Shown: positions 39,834-48,956, numbered from the stretch's first letter. The stretch is DNA of 64,000 nucleotides from an uncultured Candidatus Saccharibacteria bacterium (GCA_964607415.1 CAZSKK010000001.1:260190-324189); one strand, 5' to 3'. The notes: generated by a model from the sequence alone, not told the origin. Program-made: numbers and translations.

Positions 39834-40589
39834 CTCCACCAACAGCAGCAAATACATTGCTCCAATTCCTAAACAAAAAGCTGTAATTTCCAACGCATAT
39901 TTAAATATGCCTGATTTTTTGTGGATTTCTGGAAGTAAATCAGCCAAAGCGATGTAAATAAATTGGCCTACAACTAAGGGTACTAAATATTTTTCGGAGT
40001 TCTCAGTTACAGAACTTATTGCAACGCCTATAATCGCACCCAAAACCGCTGTTAATGCTGTCAACACATTCACAATTAATATTTTTCTTCTCCTCAGCCC
40101 TGCATATTTTAATACCCCAGCGTCTGCAAGTTCTTGTGGGATTTCGTGTAGACTTACAGCAATCGTAGTTGCTATTCCTGTTGCAGGTGCTACTGCAAAG
40201 CTTGCAGCAATTGCAAGACCATCTAAAAAATTGTGAAAAGCATCTCCTATTAAATTTACCCTAACCAACACGCTTTTATTCTTGTGCTCATGTGGGTGAT
40301 CAATTTCTTCTCTGGAATCATGGCTACAATGGAAATAGGCTTCAATTAAAAGCATTAGTATGACTCCTGTAAATATCAAAAGTGTTGTTTGATTTTCGTA
40401 ACCAAATTGTTCGATGTGCTCACCAAGTAGATGAATTAGAGCATCAGCTAAAAGACTTCCAGCTGCAAATGCAACAATCGCAGTTATAATTTTGTCCCCG
40501 GATTTTATATTTTTTAAAAGTACAAGAAGTCCTAGGAATGAAATTGAGCTTACAATTAAGGTTGCAATTAATGAGTAGATTAGTTCCAT
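39831..40589 (-). CDS. ZIP family metal transporter
   Basis: HCSH and HPHEH loop, HNFLDG and HEIPQELAD. Confidence 0.92.
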   Translation of the reverse strand: MELIYSLIATLIVSSISFLGLLVLLKNIKSGDKIITAIVAFAAGSLLADALIHLLGEHIEQFGYENQTTLLIFTGVILMLLIEAYFHCSHDSREEIDHPHEHKNKSVLVRVNLIGDAFHNFLDGLAIAASFAVAPATGIATTIAVSLHEIPQELADAGVLKYAGLRRRKILIVNVLTALTAVLGAIIGVAISSVTENSEKYLVPLVVGQFIYIALADLLPEIHKKSGIFKYALEITAFCLGIGAMYLLLLVE

Positions 40590-40626
40590 ATTTATTATAG
40601 TTTAGAATTAAGATGAATGATTCAAG

Positions 40627-40694
40627 AATAACCCCTCCGGCTCTCCGAGCCACCTCCCCTTTGATTAAAGGGGAGGAATTAAAGGAGGGGTTGT
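40627..40694. repeat. Family-B palindromic element overlapping the IMPase 3' end
   Basis: AATAACCCCTCCGGC...CCTCCCCTTT/AAAGGGGAGG...GGAGGGGTTGT. Confidence 0.85.
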
Positions 40695-41459
40695 ATCTAA
40701 TATCATTCTACCAATCTTGTCAACTACTCCAGAGTTCCCAACTGCCAATATATTCATACTTTCATTTAATTTTAATGTTTCAACTTTGCACCCTGCCTTT
40801 TCGGCAATAAAGCTTCCTGCCCCAAAATCTACCAAGTTTTTTAAGTCTGAGTTATCATAAAATTTTACAAAAACTCCAGGGAATCCTAAAGATATCCAGC
40901 AAAGTGTAAGTGAATCTATACCAAAAATCCTAATTCGCATAGATTCCTCAGCAATTTTATTAATTAATTCCCCAGAATTTTTATAACTTCTTAAATCTAA
41001 AAATACTTGTGTCTGATCTAACTGATCTATTTTAGTACCATTTATTTGTTTGTTATTTAAAAAGCTTCCAGCAGAGTCGGCAAAAAACAACTCTTTTGTT
41101 GTGGGTGAATAAACAATCCCAAGAATAGTTTCATTATTATGTCTTAATGCTAAGGAAACTCCCCATAAACTCACTCCTCTTGCGTAATATTTTGTTCCAT
41201 CAATCGGATCTAAATACCAAACATATTCTTTATTATTTCTTAACAAATCAAATTCCTCTCCATAAAATCCTATTTCTGGAAAAGTTTTATTTAAAAACTT
41301 GTAAAAGCTTCTTTCTAGCTCTTTATCGATTTTTGTAACGACATCAAAATTCTCTCCTTTATATTCAAGTCCTATGTCATTTTGCAAAGCTTTAAGTGCA
41401 TAATCGCCTTGTTGAACAACAAATCTTTTCAATAGGTTGACCTGGGGTTTTGTTAACAT
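40665..41459 (-). CDS. Inositol monophosphatase family protein
   Basis: DVVTKID, GEE, WYLDPIDGT and VDFGAG. Confidence 0.85.
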   Translation of the reverse strand: MLTKPQVNLLKRFVVQQGDYALKALQNDIGLEYKGENFDVVTKIDKELERSFYKFLNKTFPEIGFYGEEFDLLRNNKEYVWYLDPIDGTKYYARGVSLWGVSLALRHNNETILGIVYSPTTKELFFADSAGSFLNNKQINGTKIDQLDQTQVFLDLRSYKNSGELINKIAEESMRIRIFGIDSLTLCWISLGFPGVFVKFYDNSDLKNLVDFGAGSFIAEKAGCKVETLKLNESMNILAVGNSGVVDKIGRMILDTTPPLIPPL

Positions 41460-41515
41460 GAAAGTTTAAGGTAAAATGTGGTGCGTAAAAATTTTAACAT
41501 TTTTTAATTGAATGT

Positions 41516-42829
41516 ATGAATAAAGCTATTACTTTTTTTGTGGCAGGTGGAAAAGGTACCCAGCCTTTTATGGATTTATATTTAAAAAGTAAATATGATT
41601 GCCACATTGTTATAAATACAGTTGATTGGGGTGGGCATAGTGGTGTAATTGGAAGAATATTAGAAAGGCTTAATCTAAAATTTCTTCCTACAGGTGATTT
41701 AAGGAACAATATAGCAAACATACTTTTGCTTAATGGCAAAGAAGAAATAGCAAATATGCTGCAAAAACGTGTTGAAACTTTAACTGATGCACAGGTTGAA
41801 GTTAGAAAACTATGTGAAGTTAGAAAGGTTGATGATAATTTAACCTTGGGAGTTTTTGAATTTTTCAATATATACAAAAAGGGACTTGAAGAAAGCATAA
41901 AGCATGGTGAAATAGGAGAAATTGAAGGCATAAAACATAATATTGGAAACCTTTTTTTTGTAGGCATTGCCTATGCTCTTAAAAATGAAGATAGAAAATT
42001 TGGAGGGTTTAGTGCTTTGCTCTCTAAAATTAAAGAAATGGAATTAATTCCAAAAAATATTTTCTTTCATTACCTTTTTGATACACGCCTAACACTTTCA
42101 TTTCGAACTAAAGATGGGGTTATTTACTACGGTGAAGACGTCTATGATCACATCAATTCCCAGGTTGAACTTTCCACATTAAATTATATTGATCCTGAAA
42201 CAAAAATTAAGTTCTTTGATTTGAATAAACATATAATCAAACTAATTGAGGAATCTGATTTAATAATTTTCCCAACTGGGTCAGAAAGCAATTGTTATCC
42301 TGCAATAAAGATGTATGCAAAATACCTAAAGTCTAAACAAATTATAAAATTTGTAAATATTTTAGCTTTGCCCAATTCTGAAGGAATTGGTGCAGAAATG
42401 GTTTATCTTTACGGACTTGGATTAAAGCCTAAATTTCTGTTTCCAAAACCAATGGATGTTATTATAAAAGATTTAGATCCAAATACTACAAATATTTTCT
42501 TTAGAGACTTGGGAATTTACACTGCTGTCGAAGAAAAAAGACCACAATTTTATAAAGAAGCAAGAATAAAGGACAGACTCTACGATATGGCGAAGATTAA
42601 GTTATATAAGTTTCACCAAGGCCAGCAAACAGAATTGGATAATATCGTAAAAGATATTATTAAAAACATTGAACCAGTAATGGATGTTCTGGCATTCAAC
42701 AGTAACAACAAATCTACCATTGCAAATTCAATAAAAAACAAAGGTAAATATGACGTAGCTTTATTGGACAAAGGACTAAGACATGATAGAAACCAAGTAA
42801 GCAAGATTGTAGAAGATTCTTTAAAATGA
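41516..42829 (+). CDS. CofD/YvcK (UPF0052) family protein, divergent
   Basis: GGKGT, DWGGHSG, PTGDLRN, HNIGNL, SDLIIFPTGS and LRHD. Confidence 0.7.
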   Translation: MNKAITFFVAGGKGTQPFMDLYLKSKYDCHIVINTVDWGGHSGVIGRILERLNLKFLPTGDLRNNIANILLLNGKEEIANMLQKRVETLTDAQVEVRKLCEVRKVDDNLTLGVFEFFNIYKKGLEESIKHGEIGEIEGIKHNIGNLFFVGIAYALKNEDRKFGGFSALLSKIKEMELIPKNIFFHYLFDTRLTLSFRTKDGVIYYGEDVYDHINSQVELSTLNYIDPETKIKFFDLNKHIIKLIEESDLIIFPTGSESNCYPAIKMYAKYLKSKQIIKFVNILALPNSEGIGAEMVYLYGLGLKPKFLFPKPMDVIIKDLDPNTTNIFFRDLGIYTAVEEKRPQFYKEARIKDRLYDMAKIKLYKFHQGQQTELDNIVKDIIKNIEPVMDVLAFNSNNKSTIANSIKNKGKYDVALLDKGLRHDRNQVSKIVEDSLK

Positions 42830-43082
42830 CAACAGGTTAACCGTTGCAGCAAAAAATTTCCCTTGTTTTTTTCTGAAAAATATTTTATTCTTTGATATAT
42901 CAACTACATAAATAAACACCCTTTTATTTGTTAATATTTTCAACATCAAATCAAGCCTAATCGATTACAAACACCAAAACCCACCTTTTATAGTTATTTT
43001 CTCTGAACTAAGGCAAGAACCTGATTTAATCAAATTTACCCGTGAAGTTACCGAAAAGGTTATAGAAATTGATCAAAATTTA

Positions 43083-43502
43083 ATGCCAAATGAACAAGCG
43101 CCTTTAATTGTTAATGTTGTTGATTTTAGAAAGCTAAATATAAATCAGTCACTAATTAATAGCATTTTTGATTTGCAAAGTTCTCTGGCAGAAAATGAGC
43201 AACTTGTTAATGATTTTAAAACTTTATTTAGGTATAAAGGTGGATATTTAACTTATATTTTGCTAGATGTGACTTTGGAAGATTTAAAAGATAGCCTTGA
43301 TGCTAAACCTGCCAATCCTAAGTATCAACTTATTCTTGCGATATATGGAATACTTTCCAGTGCAAGAATTGGAGGCGGTTTTGCTAAGGAGTTTGATACA
43401 GGCGCCGACAGTGTTATAGAACAATTAAAGAAGCACCCACTTTATAGAATGAGGGATAAAAGAGCAATACTTACTAAAGGTAAAAAGAAGAATTTAATTT
43501 AA
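43083..43502 (+). CDS. Hypothetical protein (paralog of 43885); true start may be upstream
   Basis: Shares DFR..NQSLIN, YKGG, GGGFAK and HPLY with 43885. Confidence 0.7.
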   Translation: MPNEQAPLIVNVVDFRKLNINQSLINSIFDLQSSLAENEQLVNDFKTLFRYKGGYLTYILLDVTLEDLKDSLDAKPANPKYQLILAIYGILSSARIGGGFAKEFDTGADSVIEQLKKHPLYRMRDKRAILTKGKKKNLI

Positions 43503-43516
43503 ATTAAATTTAAAAT

Positions 43517-43762
43517 ATGCAAAAACCAGATGATGCGACAATGCTTAGGCTTAAAAATTTAGCTTACGTAGGAAATGCAGTTTTTAAAAACGCTAGTGAT
43601 GTTACTGGTCAGAATGATTTTTTCCTAGCAATGCAGGCTTTGCTTGATTTTGAAAAGGGAATTAATGATTTAGAGCTTGATTTTGAAACTGCTGAAGGTA
43701 TGAAAAATCTTATAAAGTACTTGAAAATTAAAATTGAAAGAAGAATGAAGGAACGACTTTAA
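43517..43762 (+). CDS. Hypothetical protein
   Basis: 81-aa ORF between the two paralogs. Confidence 0.55.
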   Translation: MQKPDDATMLRLKNLAYVGNAVFKNASDVTGQNDFFLAMQALLDFEKGINDLELDFETAEGMKNLIKYLKIKIERRMKERL

Positions 43763-43884
43763 GAAGTTTAAAAAGAATCTCCAAACTTAAAACTGATTAC
43801 AGTACATATTAAACATAGTTTATAGCAACAAAAGTTATTGACTACAAAGATGCGTATCTATCACTAAAACTTGTACAAGTTTCA

Positions 43885-44367
43885 ATGTCACCAGGCATTG
43901 ATTTTATAGAAGTGGCTCGCATAGTCGATAAAATCCTTTCCAAACTTGACTTTACTTTAAGTTCTAACGAACTTCCACTTGTAGTTTGTGTTGCAGACTT
44001 TAGAAATATAAAGGTTAATCAAAGTTTAATAAATCAAATTGTCCGATTGACTGAATCATTAACAATTGAAGATGATGATATAGCTAATTTAGAATATATG
44101 AGCAAGTATAAAGGAGGCTTTTTAGCATATGTTATTGCCGATGACAGCCTTGAGGATTTGAAACTGAAAGCACATTCTAATCAGAATGATTTAAAATACC
44201 AGTTTTTATTAAAAGTATTCGATCTTCTTTCTGCAATGAAAGTAGGTGGTGGTTTTGCAAAAGATCTGCTCGAAGTAAAGTCTTTATTAAAAAATCATCC
44301 TCTTTATAAACTTAGAAACAACGAGACTACTTTAGCAGCAAATCCTCAGTCAAAGCTAAAATACTGA
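43885..44367 (+). CDS. Hypothetical protein (paralog of 43083)
   Basis: Shares DFR..NQSLIN, YKGG, GGGFAK and HPLY with 43083. Confidence 0.7.
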   Translation: MSPGIDFIEVARIVDKILSKLDFTLSSNELPLVVCVADFRNIKVNQSLINQIVRLTESLTIEDDDIANLEYMSKYKGGFLAYVIADDSLEDLKLKAHSNQNDLKYQFLLKVFDLLSAMKVGGGFAKDLLEVKSLLKNHPLYKLRNNETTLAANPQSKLKY

Positions 44368-44664
44368 GTTCTTAATGCAGACTTCAAATGCACCACCTTG
44401 CCCTGTAAAGTATCCAGCTTGTTTAAATTCCTCAACAAATTTATTTTGTTTAAGTAGTTTTTGAACTAATGGTTTTACAATTCGCCCTTTCCCTGTGATT
44501 ACAAGAACTTTGGAAAAGCCAAAGTTGTATGAATCTTCCAAAAAATCAAAAAGAAGCTTTTCTATATCAAAATGTGTTAGCTCTCCAAACTCGTGATAAT
44601 CAAGTTTATCCTGAAACTGCAGGTTTTCTAGTTCAAATTGAGTCTTACTCTTAGTCTTCATCAT
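44356..44664 (-). CDS. Stand-alone Smr/MutS2 domain protein
   Basis: LDYH, VLVITGKG and GQGGAF. Confidence 0.8.
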   Translation of the reverse strand: MMKTKSKTQFELENLQFQDKLDYHEFGELTHFDIEKLLFDFLEDSYNFGFSKVLVITGKGRIVKPLVQKLLKQNKFVEEFKQAGYFTGQGGAFEVCIKNSVF

Positions 44665-45223
44665 AAAGTGTATTTGGCTCGCCCACATATTTATCGGTGT
44701 TGGCCAGCTCATCTATTTTATCAGCAAGATCTACAAGCTCTTGAGGTACTGTGTCCTCTAAACCATAAAGTTTAATTGATTTAAATTCGTCATCTAGCCG
44801 TAACGAAATAGTTGTAGAAGGCAAATCAGTTATATAAGGATCAACATATTCATCATCAAGATCAAAAAAATCAACGTCTTCAAACTCGCGAATTATTTTT
44901 GTTACATTGGCTTCAGGTATTGAATAGCTTTCGTTTTTTCCAGGGCTTTGCACAAAATTTCTACCTTCAAAGATTACTTCACCCGCTTCTGTTATAGTAA
45001 CAGTGTAATCCGGACAGAAACCAAAACACGCTTGTCTATCTAGTGTTATTTCAGCCTTGTCGTAATTAGAATATTCAGAATTATCTCCAACGGAAAAATT
45101 TATGTCTGAATCAAAATCTGAATTAAATAACATCGTTGCAGCAAGAACGCAGCAACTTATAATGCAACAAAGAACAATAAAAACTACAACAAAAAATGCT
45201 AATCCTTTTGAATTTTTTTCCAT
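44651..45223 (-). CDS. Membrane-anchored DUF6438-like protein
   Basis: TM followed by ITLDRQACFGFCPDYTVTI and TDLPST. Confidence 0.65.
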   Translation of the reverse strand: MEKNSKGLAFFVVVFIVLCCIISCCVLAATMLFNSDFDSDINFSVGDNSEYSNYDKAEITLDRQACFGFCPDYTVTITEAGEVIFEGRNFVQSPGKNESYSIPEANVTKIIREFEDVDFFDLDDEYVDPYITDLPSTTISLRLDDEFKSIKLYGLEDTVPQELVDLADKIDELANTDKYVGEPNTLYDED

Positions 45224-45236
45224 AATTTCTTGTTAA

Positions 45237-45295
45237 TGGTTAATAGTTAATAGCTGATAGCTGATAGCTGATAGCTGAATTAAGCATAGCTGATA
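45237..45295. repeat. TAGCTGA heptamer repeat tract
   Basis: Four perfect units plus degenerate units, same unit as at 30058. Confidence 0.85.
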
Positions 45296-45335
45296 AACAC
45301 TCAGTTTTCAACTTGCCCCATGCTATAATTCATTT

Positions 45336-45986
45336 ATGTCGATCCCTAAACATCTTAATTTAAAAAATATATATAGGCTTTACATAATAATAACTTTCGT
45401 ACTAATGTTTATTTTGTCTATAGTTGTAAGTACTATACGAGTTGATGCGTTACTATCCTCAAGTAATAATGCCGTAACTAATTATCCACAAATAGTTTTA
45501 AGAGCTTCTGAATTTAAAACTCAAAAGCAAATTAAACAGATAAACATAACTAATTATAAAAGTTGTGACGGCAATTGGATTGATAGTGAAAAGACCGGCA
45601 GAGTGAACCTAGAAGTAACTTCTTTAAATCAGTGGGCAACAAATTCAAATCCTACAATTATTTCGGAGAGCATCCAAAATCAAAATAAGGTAATTATTGG
45701 ACATAACTATTGTCTTAATGGCAGTTGCAATTCACCCGGAACTGAGTTTTCCAGAATCATTAATCTTTCCGAAGGTGAACCTGTAAAGGTCTGCATTAAC
45801 CAAAATGAGTTTAACGGAAAAGTCTATGTGGCAAAATCTTTTTCAGAATATGATACTTACATTATGAGCGATTGGCTTAAACAGCCGAGCGTAACATTGT
45901 TTACTTCTTATGGTAATTGTAAGGATGCAGCATGCTCAGCAAGTGATAGAAGGTGGGTGATAGGAGCGGTTGAGGCGAAGAGGTAG
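45336..45986 (+). CDS. Sortase-like protein with atypical active site
   Basis: N-terminal TM, VIIGHNY, VTLFTS (TLxTC position) and RRWVI. Confidence 0.55.
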   Translation: MSIPKHLNLKNIYRLYIIITFVLMFILSIVVSTIRVDALLSSSNNAVTNYPQIVLRASEFKTQKQIKQINITNYKSCDGNWIDSEKTGRVNLEVTSLNQWATNSNPTIISESIQNQNKVIIGHNYCLNGSCNSPGTEFSRIINLSEGEPVKVCINQNEFNGKVYVAKSFSEYDTYIMSDWLKQPSVTLFTSYGNCKDAACSASDRRWVIGAVEAKR

Positions 45987-46017
45987 ATAGATTATAAAAA
46001 ACCTTCATTCTAGATCC

Positions 46018-46452
46018 TGTGTCATTCCGAGGGAAATCGAGGAATACACTGGAAAATTTGTATTTGAGTACAATGTTAATTCTAAATATTGAGCATATAA
46101 TTAATGATGCGAGAATATAAATTTTTTGTATACATACTTTTATGTGCAGATAATACCTACTATATAGGCGTAACTAATAATTTAGATAGAAGAATTAGCG
46201 AGCATAACTCTGGTGAAGTTGAAGGTTTTACAAGTTCAAGACTTCCGGTTCACTTACTTAAGTCATTCGGATTTAATGATATACGTTTAGCTATTGCATT
46301 TGAAAAACAAATTAAGAACTGGAGCAGAAAAAAGAAAGAAGCGTTAATTAATGAAGAATGGAATATTATCAGTAAGTTAGCAAAAAGGAGAACACCTAAT
46401 AAGCCACGTTCTTAGTATGTCTCCCTCGATTTCCCTCGGGATGACATAATCT
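46018..46452 (+). mobile_element. Candidate GIY-YIG nuclease element bounded by inverted family-A repeats
   Basis: TGTGTCATTCCGAGGGAAATCGAGG at 46018 on + and TGTCATCCCGAGGGAAATCGAGG ending near 46446 on -. Confidence 0.6.
46104..46415 (+). CDS. Small GIY-YIG nuclease (YhbQ/UPF0213-like)
   Basis: FVYIL...YYIGVT, RRISEH and EKQIKNWSRKKKEALI. Confidence 0.92.
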   Translation: MMREYKFFVYILLCADNTYYIGVTNNLDRRISEHNSGEVEGFTSSRLPVHLLKSFGFNDIRLAIAFEKQIKNWSRKKKEALINEEWNIISKLAKRRTPNKPRS

Positions 46453-46454
46453 AC

Positions 46455-46574
46455 TTAATCTTCAGCGTTAGACGCTTGATATGCATAGTGATCTAGTTCC
46501 AAGTTTGAAACGTCAATTTTTAAATCTTTTAGAATTGTAAGTTGATTGTTTATGGAAGTTTCTAGTTGTGTCAT
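46455..46574 (-). pseudogene. Truncated YecM/VOC-like gene fragment (39 aa)
   Basis: My translation is MTQLETSINNQLTILKDLKIDVSNLELDHYAYQASNAED*. It ends at the repeat boundary. Confidence 0.5.
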
Positions 46575-46618
46575 GTAGATATTTTACAATAAACTAAACG
46601 CAAGTGATGAGTTATTAT

Positions 46619-47251
46619 CTAGATTAATTCAACCTTATTATCATGAACAAATAACCCTTGTTCGTCGGTTATTGTATAAGTTCTTATCCCCTTCGCCTCA
46701 AATAGATCCTTTATATTTCGTAGCCCCGCTTGAAATTCTTCGTTTTTCCAATGTGGAATTGGAGCAAAGTCTATAACGCCTAAACCTTCATCTACTTTCT
46801 CTGGTGCCCTTTCAGGATGGTCTAACTCTTTATATGTATCAATTTCTTTATATGCAAAAATAGCTCCAGCAGATTCACCTCCGTACACAATCTTATCTTC
46901 AGCAATCAAATCTTTAATAATTTCACGACTGTTAGTTTTTTCCATCCAATAAGAGAGAATATAAGCGGTCCCACCGCTAACAAAAATAAAATCATAGTTA
47001 CCTAAAAATTCCTTAAAGTTAAAGTTTGGATCAATTCTGTATGCTCTTTCAAAGTCAAATTCTTGAAAATTAGGAAAGATTTTTTGCCACTTCTTTTCGC
47101 CTTCAATCATCCATGAAGATTTATAGGGCTTATAGTTACCAGGAGTATTGATGTACAAAAATTTTACTTCTTCTAACGGTTTATTAATGAAAGTCTTAAG
47201 TTTTTCTATATGTTTTGAACTTAGGTTTTGAGAAAAGAGGGCTAATTTCAT
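46619..47251 (-). CDS. Peptidase S51 (PepE-like) family
   Basis: FVSGG, GESAGA and PHW. Confidence 0.85.
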   Translation of the reverse strand: MKLALFSQNLSSKHIEKLKTFINKPLEEVKFLYINTPGNYKPYKSSWMIEGEKKWQKIFPNFQEFDFERAYRIDPNFNFKEFLGNYDFIFVSGGTAYILSYWMEKTNSREIIKDLIAEDKIVYGGESAGAIFAYKEIDTYKELDHPERAPEKVDEGLGVIDFAPIPHWKNEEFQAGLRNIKDLFEAKGIRTYTITDEQGLFVHDNKVELI

Positions 47252-47295
47252 AAAGTCATTTTACAATAAAAATATGCGTCACTCGAAGAGATTCT

Positions 47296-47324
47296 TGTGT
47301 CATTCCGAGGGAAATCGAGGAATA
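47296..47324 (+). repeat. Family-A palindromic repeat
   Basis: 29 bp identical to 46018-46046. Confidence 0.92.
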
Positions 47325-47335
47325 GACATTAGTAA

Positions 47336-47980
47336 TTAATCTTCAACATTAAAACTCTGACCATCAAACAATTCAATAAACTGAATGTTTTGTTTTTCTA
47401 AAACCAATTTAGGAACCACAAAAGATGTGCCTCCTTGTGCTTTTAAAACTGCATCGTGAACGGGAAATGCTTTTTTAGGATTAACTTGTAGAGCATAATC
47501 TATTGCGTCAGATATCTTTACCCATGGACCTGCAACTGGCAGCGCCAACAAGTCTACCTGTTTTTCTGGAATTGTAAAAGCATCTCCAGGATAAAAAAGT
47601 TTATTATCAATAAAAAATCCTATGTTTGTAGATTGAGGAATTGTTGAATGAATTTGAGCGTGGAGTTCACCATAAGCTTCAATTGATACGTTACTAAAAG
47701 TTTTAGAATCACCATTTTTAAAAACTGTTGCTTGAATGTTTTCAACTTTAAGAAGATCCGAAACTACTTGTGTTGTATAAACAACGGCATTTGGATTATT
47801 TTTAAGAACAATTTTTAAAGATTCAATGTGCAAATGGTCAGAGTGTTCGTGAGTAATTAGGACTAGATCAATGTTTTCTAAGGCATTTTGAGCATCAGAA
47901 TAAATTCCAGGGTCAGTTAAAATCCGAAGCCCTTTGACTTCGATTAATAAACAGCAGTGAGAGAGTTTGGTTATGGTCAT
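47336..47980 (-). CDS. MBL-fold metallo-hydrolase
   Basis: HCC, TDPG, THEHSDH, PGD and PVHD. Confidence 0.88.
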   Translation of the reverse strand: MTITKLSHCCLLIEVKGLRILTDPGIYSDAQNALENIDLVLITHEHSDHLHIESLKIVLKNNPNAVVYTTQVVSDLLKVENIQATVFKNGDSKTFSNVSIEAYGELHAQIHSTIPQSTNIGFFIDNKLFYPGDAFTIPEKQVDLLALPVAGPWVKISDAIDYALQVNPKKAFPVHDAVLKAQGGTSFVVPKLVLEKQNIQFIELFDGQSFNVED

Positions 47981-47990
47981 TAATTTGATC

Positions 47991-48836
47991 TTAAAGCTTT
48001 ATTCCAGCTTTATCCGATTTAATAATCAAGTAATTAATAAACGACGAACTAGAAACAAGAAAGAAACGTGCATCTTCAAACTCTAACTTATCTTTGTCTA
48101 ATAGTGAATGACGTATGCCTCCTTCCTCATTAGTGTAACCATATAATTTTTTAAATGACTCTTTAAGTGCTGGGTGAATCTCAACCTTTCCTGACTTTTC
48201 AATAATGTTGAGTGCATCTCCTAGAGTAGCTTTGACATTATTTGAAATTTTTTTACAGATAGCTTCAACAGCACTTATAGATTCCTTAATTGAGTTACGA
48301 TAGTCTGGTACATTTTTATCTGAAATTTTATCAAGAGCATTTCTTAAATGAGAAGATACGTAATTAGGTGAGCTATCAATTGCACTTTCAATCTCTTCTA
48401 TTTCTTCTTTGGAAGTAATTTCCACAATACTTTCATCAACTATCCTGTAAGCAGATAATTCCCTTTCTAAAACATTATTGCAATCATTAATGAATGTATT
48501 TACATTGTAGCCAGGATAGCGTTTTATTGTAAATTCAATAAAGTCATACGCTTCATACCATTCAAACGAAAAATAATCAGCTCTTATTCCACTATATGTA
48601 TTTTTTGTATAAAGCTCTAATGTATCTAAAGGCCTCTTAAAAAAGCCAATCCAGAGAGCCTTAAAATAAGAATGCATTCTTTCATCATAACTTAACCATT
48701 CTTCTTTTCTTAACTCCTCCCAGATATAAAGTGATAAAACATTCCATAAGCCCACCTTTAAATCATCATCCATCGATTCTTTTTGAATTATTTGCTTTGG
48801 TTCCTTTATCCCTAATCTTTGCGAAAATATTACCAT
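47991..48836 (-). CDS. AbiJ-NTD4-like / HEPN-type protein (putative anti-phage)
   Basis: FSQRLG...MDDDLKVGLWN, WYEAYDFIEF, YRNSIKESISAVE and GGIRH. Confidence 0.7.
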   Translation of the reverse strand: MVIFSQRLGIKEPKQIIQKESMDDDLKVGLWNVLSLYIWEELRKEEWLSYDERMHSYFKALWIGFFKRPLDTLELYTKNTYSGIRADYFSFEWYEAYDFIEFTIKRYPGYNVNTFINDCNNVLERELSAYRIVDESIVEITSKEEIEEIESAIDSSPNYVSSHLRNALDKISDKNVPDYRNSIKESISAVEAICKKISNNVKATLGDALNIIEKSGKVEIHPALKESFKKLYGYTNEEGGIRHSLLDKDKLEFEDARFFLVSSSSFINYLIIKSDKAGIKL

Positions 48837-48956
48837 GAATTTACTTTAAGAATTTAACTTAACAATTATACCTCTTTGTGCAAAAATCTTGCCGACAAAA
48901 TTTGTATTATTACATTAAGTTTTAGGATTATGTTGAAAGAGGAAAGTTTAACCTTT

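Noticed and set aside
40613-40810. 65-aa ORF starting MNDSRITPPALRATSPLIKGE
   Set aside because: Translation of a family-B repeat, antisense to the IMPase gene. The same applies to 20115-20318 and 40444-40653.
46018-47324. Identical 29-bp direct repeats as a CRISPR array
   Set aside because: Only two copies 1.3 kb apart with genes between them, an inverted copy in between, and no cas genes.
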